From Candidatus Arthromitus sp. SFB-mouse-Japan (GTDB taxonomy: Bacteria; Bacillota; Clostridia; Clostridiales; Clostridiaceae): a DNA stretch of 32,000 bases. The notes below the pieces were generated by a model. The model saw only the letters and a program-made list of their open reading frames with translations, made no database searches and had not been told where the DNA came from. A program made the translations under genes and the position numbers. The stretch covers positions 240,001 through 272,000 of the forward strand of contig NC_015913.1 in the NCBI RefSeq assembly GCF_000270205.1. Direction: 5' to 3'. The number at the start of each line of letters is the position of its first letter. Position 1 is the first letter of the stretch. Of this stretch, positions 26,136 through 32,000 are shown piece by piece.

Positions 26136-28364
26136 ATGAAAAAAGTACTAAAAATAACAGGAATGACTTGTGCTGCTTGTTCATCATCAATTGAAAAGTC
26201 GCTTTCTAGAAAAAAAGGGGTAAATAATGTTGTGGTTAACTTGTCAACTGAGAAGTTAACCATAAATTTTGACGAGAAAGAGATAAATCTTGATCAGATT
26301 GAATCGTATGTAATTAAACTCGGATATGGAATTGATAAATTGTCAGAGGATAACTATTATGACCGTGAAAATGAGTATATAAGAAATATTTTGAAAAGAT
26401 TTATTATATCCCTTGTATTTACTATACCACTTTTATATATATCCATGGGTCATATGTTTTCTTATAAGGTTATTGATTTCTTCGATCATATGAGCAATCC
26501 TTTTAATTTTACAATTGCTCAATTAATTTTGGTTATGCCCGTTATGATTGTTGGATTTCCATTTTTTAAAAAAGGTATTAAGAGTCTTATAAATCTTAAA
26601 CCTAATATGGATAGTTTAATAACAATAGGAACATTTGCAGCATTTTTATATTCTCTCTATGAAACCATAAAAGTTATATTAGGTGATCATAGTAGAGCTA
26701 TGAATTTATATTATGAATCTTCTGCGACTATATTAACTTTAATTACACTTGGGAAGTATTTAGAGGGTGTAACTAAGGGTAAAACTTCAAAGGCTATAAA
26801 GAAATTGATGGGATTATCGCCTAGGACTGCCTTGATTGAGAAAGATGGAGATGAGGTTGAAGTAAGCATTGATGAGGTTAAGGTTTCAGATATAGTTATT
26901 GTAAAATCTGGAGATAAGTTTCCTGTTGATGGGGAGATAATATATGGTAGCTGTTTAGTTGATGAATCTATGCTTACAGGTGAAAGTGTACCTGTTTATA
27001 AAAAAGTTTCAGATGATGTAATAGGTGCAAGTATAAATAAAAATGGATTTGTAAAATATAGGGTTACAAAAGTAGGTGACAATACCATGTTATCTCAAAT
27101 AATTAAGCTTGTTGAGGAAGCACAGAACTCTAAGCCTAAAATTTCAAAACTTGCGGATACGGTTTCTTATTATTTTGTGCCAACGATTATAGCAATTGCA
27201 CTTTTATCATTTATATTTTGGCTAATTTATGAAAGGAATTTTGGTTTTGCATTTTCAATATTTGTATCGGTTTTGGTCATAGCGTGTCCATGTGCCTTAG
27301 GACTTGCAACTCCTACATCTATAATGGTTTCAACTGGAATTGGTGCGGAAAATGGGATACTTATAAAATCTGGCAAAGCACTTGAGGATGCTCATAAAAT
27401 AAATGTTGTAGTACTTGATAAAACAGGTACTATAACCGAGGGTAAACCTAAGGTTACAGATTTAATAATCGATAAGGATGTATTTAAAGATAATGAAGAG
27501 ATGATCAAGTATGTAACTAGCATAGAAAAGGGATCTGAGCATCCACTTGGTGAAGCTATATTGGAGTATGGGAAAGAGAAAAATATAGATACTTTAGATG
27601 TAGATAATTTTAAGATTATAGAAGGTATGGGAGTTTATGGTGAAGTTGATGGAAGGAAAATATTTATAGGTAATAAAAAACTATTGGATGTGAATCATAT
27701 AAGTATAGATAAATTTAAGGATGTAAGTGATGACTTATCGATGCATGGTAAGACTACGATGTTTGTCGTTATAGACGAAGTTCTTGGGGGAATTTTTAGT
27801 GTTGCAGATACGGTTAAAAAGAGTTCTAAGGATGCAATTTCAAAGTTAAAATCTATGGGTATAAAAGTAATAATGCTTACTGGGGATAATTTTAAAACTT
27901 CATTTGCTATAGGAAATCAGGTAGGTATTGATGAGGTGATTTCGGAAGTTTTACCTAAAGATAAATCCTCTGAAGTTCAGAAACTTAGAGATAAGGGATA
28001 CAAAGTTTGTATGGTTGGTGATGGAATAAATGATGCTCCAGCACTTATGAATTCAAATGTTGGTATATCAATTGGATCTGGAACTGATATAGCTATCGAA
28101 TCATCTTCCGTAATTTTAATGAAAAGTGATTTAATGGATATTCCAAAGTTTTTGAAACTTTCCAAGAGTACGATAGGGAATATAAAACAAAATTTATTTT
28201 GGGCATTTTTATATAATGTAATTGGAGTTCCTGTAGCTATGGGGGTATTTTATTTATTTGGAGGAATTCTTTTAAACCCAATGATTTCAGCTATTGCTAT
28301 GAGTTTCAGCTCTGTATCTGTTGTAATAAATGCATTAAGACTTAAATTTATAAAACTGATCTAA
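26136..28364 (+). CDS. copA: Copper-translocating P1B-type ATPase
   Basis: 742 aa. One N-terminal HMA domain (GMTCAACSSSIEK). Motifs present: TGESVP, CPCALGLATP, DKTGTITEG, GDGINDAPAL. Confidence 0.92.
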   Translation: MKKVLKITGMTCAACSSSIEKSLSRKKGVNNVVVNLSTEKLTINFDEKEINLDQIESYVIKLGYGIDKLSEDNYYDRENEYIRNILKRFIISLVFTIPLLYISMGHMFSYKVIDFFDHMSNPFNFTIAQLILVMPVMIVGFPFFKKGIKSLINLKPNMDSLITIGTFAAFLYSLYETIKVILGDHSRAMNLYYESSATILTLITLGKYLEGVTKGKTSKAIKKLMGLSPRTALIEKDGDEVEVSIDEVKVSDIVIVKSGDKFPVDGEIIYGSCLVDESMLTGESVPVYKKVSDDVIGASINKNGFVKYRVTKVGDNTMLSQIIKLVEEAQNSKPKISKLADTVSYYFVPTIIAIALLSFIFWLIYERNFGFAFSIFVSVLVIACPCALGLATPTSIMVSTGIGAENGILIKSGKALEDAHKINVVVLDKTGTITEGKPKVTDLIIDKDVFKDNEEMIKYVTSIEKGSEHPLGEAILEYGKEKNIDTLDVDNFKIIEGMGVYGEVDGRKIFIGNKKLLDVNHISIDKFKDVSDDLSMHGKTTMFVVIDEVLGGIFSVADTVKKSSKDAISKLKSMGIKVIMLTGDNFKTSFAIGNQVGIDEVISEVLPKDKSSEVQKLRDKGYKVCMVGDGINDAPALMNSNVGISIGSGTDIAIESSSVILMKSDLMDIPKFLKLSKSTIGNIKQNLFWAFLYNVIGVPVAMGVFYLFGGILLNPMISAIAMSFSSVSVVINALRLKFIKLI

Positions 28365-28381
28365 ATTTAGGAGGTTTTGAA

Positions 28382-28906
28382 TTGAAATTTAAGTTTGTAT
28401 ATCTATTTATGGTTTTAATCATTTTATTAGGTTTTACAATGTCTTGTTCTTTTGAAGATAAGAATTTGCACAAGGTTCAATTTAATAAGGTTATAGATGG
28501 AAATACAATAAAGGTTATAATAGATGAAGAATTAAAGGATGTTAGATTAATTCTTGTTGATTCTCCAGAACTTAGAGGGAACTATCCTTTTGGAGTTGAA
28601 GCTAAGAAATATTTAGATAATAAGCTATCAAATGTTGACTATGTTTATTTGGAATTAAATGGCGAAGAGATGGATAAACATGGCAAGATATGGGCTTATG
28701 TATGGTATTATAATGATAAGAAAGAGCTTGAGATGATAAATGAGGATATTATAGAGAATGGATATGGAAGGCTTGCTTATATATTCGATTCTGCTAAGTA
28801 TTTAAAAAGGCTTAAAGCATCTCAAGATAGAGCTAAGGAAAGACAAGAAAATATTTGGAGTATAGATGGGTATGTTACAGAAGATGGATATAAGAAATCG
28901 AAATAA
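28382..28906 (+). CDS. Thermonuclease (staphylococcal nuclease)-family secreted protein or lipoprotein
   Basis: 174 aa with a TTG start, 7 nt after AGGAGG. Signal peptide with a possible lipobox (FTMSC, Cys22). VIDGNTIKV...RLILVDSPE...DKHGKIWAYVWY...AKERQENIWS is colinear with S. aureus Nuc AIDGDTVKL...RLLLVDTPE...DKYGRGLAYIYA...AKKEKLNIWS. Confidence 0.8.
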   Translation: MKFKFVYLFMVLIILLGFTMSCSFEDKNLHKVQFNKVIDGNTIKVIIDEELKDVRLILVDSPELRGNYPFGVEAKKYLDNKLSNVDYVYLELNGEEMDKHGKIWAYVWYYNDKKELEMINEDIIENGYGRLAYIFDSAKYLKRLKASQDRAKERQENIWSIDGYVTEDGYKKSK

Positions 28907-28921
28907 AGGAGTGTTTATCAA

Positions 28922-29119
28922 TTGAAAAAGATATATATAAATGGTATGAAGTGTTCTCATTGTGAGAAAAAGGTTAGGAGTGCATTAGAGGAGATAGGTG
29001 GAACAGATATAAAAGTTGATTTAGATACCAAGACAGTTATGTGTAATATAGATAGATCAAACGACGAAATAGTTGATATAATTGCGGATTATGGATTTGA
29101 TGTAGATAATATAGAATAA
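28922..29119 (+). CDS. copZ: Copper chaperone (heavy-metal-associated domain)
   Basis: 65 aa with a TTG start after AAGGAG. MxCxxC motif GMKCSHCEKKV, with a ferredoxin-like length. Confidence 0.75.
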   Translation: MKKIYINGMKCSHCEKKVRSALEEIGGTDIKVDLDTKTVMCNIDRSNDEIVDIIADYGFDVDNIE

Positions 29120-29130
29120 ATTTTATATAA

Positions 29131-29177
29131 ACTGACAATTTTATAAGAGTTTTTCTTATAAATTGTCAGTTTTTTTG
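29131..29177 (+). terminator. Rho-independent terminator of the cop cluster
   Basis: ACTGACAATTTTATAAGA (29131-29148) pairs with TCTTATAAATTGTCAGT (29154-29170) with a single-nt bulge, followed by TTTTTTTG. Confidence 0.85.
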
Positions 29178-29234
29178 TATTTTATATGGAAATTTATTGG
29201 TGTAAAATTATTAGAAAAGGGGGAGTTGAAATAA

Positions 29235-31394
29235 GTGGATCGAAGAAGGTTGTATTATATATCATTTGGCATTGTTTCTTCAGTGTTTTTTATTACAATC
29301 TTTTTATTGCAGGTTTATTTTAAATATGGTGATACAAGACTGGTTAATGGTAGGATTAGTGAATTTAAGGAGAATGCAAATTTAGTTGATAAGGTTTATC
29401 TTGATTGGTGGAATACTTCTATAAATAAGGTATCATCTCAGGGGGCTAAGGATATTTATGAACTTAAAAATACATATGAGAATTTAAATATTTTAATAAG
29501 TAATAGTTCTGTATTAAATGATGTTATTTTAAATGAGATAATTATAGACAAGAAGCCACTTGGTGAGTATGCGTATGAGGTTATAGACTCAAAGGATGGG
29601 AAGAGGATATTTAAGATAAAATTAAAAGATCTAGACGATGGCAGTACAAATAAGATCACAAAACTTGTTAATATATATAATAGATACAATAACACATCTT
29701 ATAATATAGAGATTGATTCTTTTGAGTTTAGGTTCAGTTACTCTAAAGATTCAGATTTTATATATTTAAATTTTGAAAATTACATATCGAACTTTTATGA
29801 TAAGGAATTTAAAATAGAGAGCAATTATTATAGCGATTTAGATGGGAATTTTATTTATAATTTTGGTCATATAAACAAGAACATAAAGATTCCTGTTATA
29901 AATTCATTAAGTGCTCAGGTAGATGAGAATACTAAGAATTTATTTCTTAGAGATAATGTTAATTTTACTATTTATAATAGATTTCATACTCCTGTTATAA
30001 CTTTTAGTGCTGGAAGTTCAGGAGATTTAAAAATAAGTAATACATATAGTTTGTCTAATATTTATGAGAGTGAGCTTAGGAATCAGGTTTTTATATTTGA
30101 TTCTAGAGATGATAATATTTTTAAGATTGATAAAAGAGAAGATGGATCGGTTGATATTATAAATTTGATTGATAATTACAAGTTGTATTTTGATGATAAT
30201 TTAATGAAAACATATAAGGCGTATGAAGAAAACGGTGAAACTATAGGAGATAATCTTATAAATTTTAAGATGTATAGAGATCTAAGAGGAGGAAACTATG
30301 TGTTTACTCCAAACAAGACGTTTGATATATATAAATTTTATGATATTAATGAAAATAAATTTTTGTCTTATGATTCGGGAACAAATATGTTTATTTTAAG
30401 TGATTTTCCATCTGATTTTATATTAACGTCAGAGAATAGAATATTTGATATATCAAATAGGGTATTTATGAAAAAAAACAAATCAAAAGATAAGACTTAT
30501 TATTATACGGGAGATGCTGAAATTGAAAATGGAGATATATTTAGGTTTAATGATATGTCATCTTCAATTTTAAAAAAGGTTACTTATGGTGAGATGAAGG
30601 AGGAAATATTATCTTCAAATTATGTTCAAGTGATGTTTAAAAATAAAGAAACAGGTGAATTTTTAAGTGTAAATCCAAAAGATGGGGATGCGATGAATGA
30701 AACATTATATAATGATTCGTATTTAAATGGATATTTTAATTATGAAAAAGGGATAAATGATTTAGGTAAGTTTATCTTTGAGATAAGAACAAACAATGAT
30801 GATTTTACGACTTTTAATTTATATAATAAGCTTGTTGGAACTTCTGTTAGTACGGATTATGGATTTTTAAATAACAAATTAATTTTTGATAAGAATAAGA
30901 ATAATAAGGTTAGATTTATTATTGAGAAAAATGATGGTCGTGATGATGAATTTAAAATAAAAGATGATTATGGAAGTTACTTATCTTTTAAGGATTCAGA
31001 TGATTTTGCTAGAGTTGTATCTTCTGGTTTTATGAAAAAATTCTTCAATATTGAAGATGAATTTGATGTATTTGAAATCTATATGCTTGATTTTAAACAG
31101 ATTGATAAGATTAATTCGGGGAATTACATATCGTTATCTTCTAAAGGTTTTAATGATAAATATTTTTTAGATAAGACGAGTACTGAAGATAAACAAATAG
31201 AATCTAAGGGGATTGATGAGTACATTGTATTTAGGAATAAGGAGCTTATATTTTTGGAGGGGGACTCACTTTTAAATGATATGGTGGGTATTAATAATTT
31301 TAAGGATATAAAAGGAATAAATACATCTATGTTTCCAACTACAAATACTGAAAATAAAGGATATAGGTTTAATATATTAAATGGAATCTATTAG
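29235..31394 (+). CDS. Hypothetical 719-aa N-terminally membrane-anchored (type II) extracytoplasmic protein
   Basis: GTG start after AAGGGGGAG. RRR followed by the TM helix LYYISFGIVSSVFFITIFLLQVYF. The remainder is soluble and rich in Asn/Asp/Phe/Tyr, with recurring ...F.I....g.yLS... units reminiscent of beta-trefoil repeats. No family recognised. Confidence 0.65.
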   Translation: MDRRRLYYISFGIVSSVFFITIFLLQVYFKYGDTRLVNGRISEFKENANLVDKVYLDWWNTSINKVSSQGAKDIYELKNTYENLNILISNSSVLNDVILNEIIIDKKPLGEYAYEVIDSKDGKRIFKIKLKDLDDGSTNKITKLVNIYNRYNNTSYNIEIDSFEFRFSYSKDSDFIYLNFENYISNFYDKEFKIESNYYSDLDGNFIYNFGHINKNIKIPVINSLSAQVDENTKNLFLRDNVNFTIYNRFHTPVITFSAGSSGDLKISNTYSLSNIYESELRNQVFIFDSRDDNIFKIDKREDGSVDIINLIDNYKLYFDDNLMKTYKAYEENGETIGDNLINFKMYRDLRGGNYVFTPNKTFDIYKFYDINENKFLSYDSGTNMFILSDFPSDFILTSENRIFDISNRVFMKKNKSKDKTYYYTGDAEIENGDIFRFNDMSSSILKKVTYGEMKEEILSSNYVQVMFKNKETGEFLSVNPKDGDAMNETLYNDSYLNGYFNYEKGINDLGKFIFEIRTNNDDFTTFNLYNKLVGTSVSTDYGFLNNKLIFDKNKNNKVRFIIEKNDGRDDEFKIKDDYGSYLSFKDSDDFARVVSSGFMKKFFNIEDEFDVFEIYMLDFKQIDKINSGNYISLSSKGFNDKYFLDKTSTEDKQIESKGIDEYIVFRNKELIFLEGDSLLNDMVGINNFKDIKGINTSMFPTTNTENKGYRFNILNGIY

Positions 31395-31432
31395 TTATGT
31401 TTGCTTATAAATTACAAAAAGGTTAAAAACTA

Positions 31433-31461
31433 TTGAAGGCAAATATGAAATATTATATAAT
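31433..31461 (+). promoter_or_regulatory. Sigma-A-type promoter for the small-protein pair
   Basis: TTGAAG (31433-31438), an exact 17-nt spacer, then TATAAT (31456-31461). Confidence 0.55.
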
Positions 31462-31509
31462 ATTGTTAATATATCGTAAATTATAGTTTCTTAAATTTGA
31501 ATAAATTAT

Positions 31510-31743
31510 ATGGTAGGAGGGATTGTTTTGGCTGTTGGAAGAGGAGTTAGTATGAGTACAGCTATAGTGACTGGATTTTTAAGTCTTGCGACTGTAGTTG
31601 GATTTTCGGTAGGACTCGGAATTGAAGGGAATAAAAGTACGTTAAGAGATACCGAACTTGATAGATTAAGAAGAGAAATAAAGACTGTTGAGGATATAAC
31701 TAAAGATATAAATGTAACGCCACCAAATGGATTTATTAATTAA
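31510..31743 (+). CDS. Small single-pass membrane protein with a charged helical tail
   Basis: 77 aa as tracked. TM helix AIVTGFLSLATVVGFSVGLGI, then RDTELDRLRREIKTVEDI. The start is ambiguous: the ATG 31510 has no SD. The in-frame TTG 31528 lies 7 nt after AGGAGGG, and the in-frame ATG 31552 lies 5 nt after GAGGAG. Confidence 0.55.
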   Translation: MVGGIVLAVGRGVSMSTAIVTGFLSLATVVGFSVGLGIEGNKSTLRDTELDRLRREIKTVEDITKDINVTPPNGFIN

Positions 31744-31765
31744 TATAAGTAGGGGGTGATAATAA

Positions 31766-31987
31766 ATGCAAGTGCGTTGGTTAATTGGAGGGATTGGAGT
31801 ATTTACTACGTTAAGTTTAGCTGCTGCCTTAGCTGGAGTTGGAATTACGAATCAATCTAAATTAGATGAGATAGAAAAAAAGAAGTTGGAGCTTAATGCA
31901 AAAGAGGGAGTATATCCACCACCGGAATCTAGGGTTTTAAGAAGTCCATCTTCTCCTGCATATCCATCACCTGGATATGAAAATTAG
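31766..31987 (+). CDS. Small single-pass membrane protein with a coiled and proline-rich tail (distant paralogue of the previous gene)
   Basis: 73 aa with SD AGGGGGTGA, 6 nt before the ATG. TM helix LIGGIGVFTTLSLAAALAGVGI, then KLDEIEKKKLELNAKEG and the tail YPPPESRVLRSPSSPAYPSPGYEN. Confidence 0.6.
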   Translation: MQVRWLIGGIGVFTTLSLAAALAGVGITNQSKLDEIEKKKLELNAKEGVYPPPESRVLRSPSSPAYPSPGYEN

Positions 31988-32000
31988 TAATTTAAACATA

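Noticed and set aside
27977-28165. 62-aa antisense ORF inside copA
   Set aside because: It is antisense to the GDGINDAP region of a certain P-type ATPase.
29456-29695. 79-aa antisense ORF inside the 719-aa gene
   Set aside because: It is a shadow ORF with Leu/Ser/Phe/Ile low complexity and no SD.
1-32000. Search for CRISPR arrays, tRNA/rRNA genes, IS elements and prophage boundaries
   Set aside because: I found no regularly spaced direct repeats. No GC-rich cloverleaf-sized segments occur in any spacer. No transposase, integrase or recombinase-like ORFs are present, and no long terminal inverted or direct repeats were noticed by eye. Short or degenerate repeats could have been missed without a computational scan.

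Overview
This is a gene-dense chromosomal segment from a very AT-rich, low-GC Firmicute that looks Clostridia-like: Asn/Ile/Lys-rich proteins, GGAGG-type Shine-Dalgarno (SD) sites, many GTG/TTG starts, a Bacillus/Clostridium-type SpeH, and GlnRS present. I support 31 protein-coding genes, 27 of them on the + strand. One is a partial gene and one is a 53-codon gene, and both are missing from the ORF track. I also call 11 rho-independent terminators, a few sigma-A-like promoters and two operator-like inverted repeats. I see no rRNA, tRNA, CRISPR array, transposase, integrase or phage structural gene. Housekeeping genes are nadE (partial), ung, alr, a dapF-like gene, an SDR, an ALDH, nagB, speH-speE, ttcA, glnS and copA/copZ. 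Between them lie envelope or secreted proteins (two GHL10-like paralogues, one fused to an amidase_3; a triple-Ig/CnaB protein; a beta-propeller protein; a 719-aa anchored protein) and several orphans. The items most worth follow-up are listed below.
1. 24552-25628 encodes an SF1-helicase-like P-loop domain fused to a LexA/CI-type S24 peptidase domain, in place of the usual HTH.
2. 5289-8815 holds a soluble ABC/AAA_21-type ATPase next to a 712-aa protein with no recognisable motif.
3. The dapF-like gene keeps the substrate-binding motifs but has Ser at both catalytic Cys positions. It is translationally coupled to an SDR.
4. The copper operon starts with a DUF4250 gene, has a thermonuclease-like gene between copA and copZ, and has no visible regulator or promoter.
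All calls come from motif recognition by eye. No database or structure search was run, and none of the novel-system ideas is proven.
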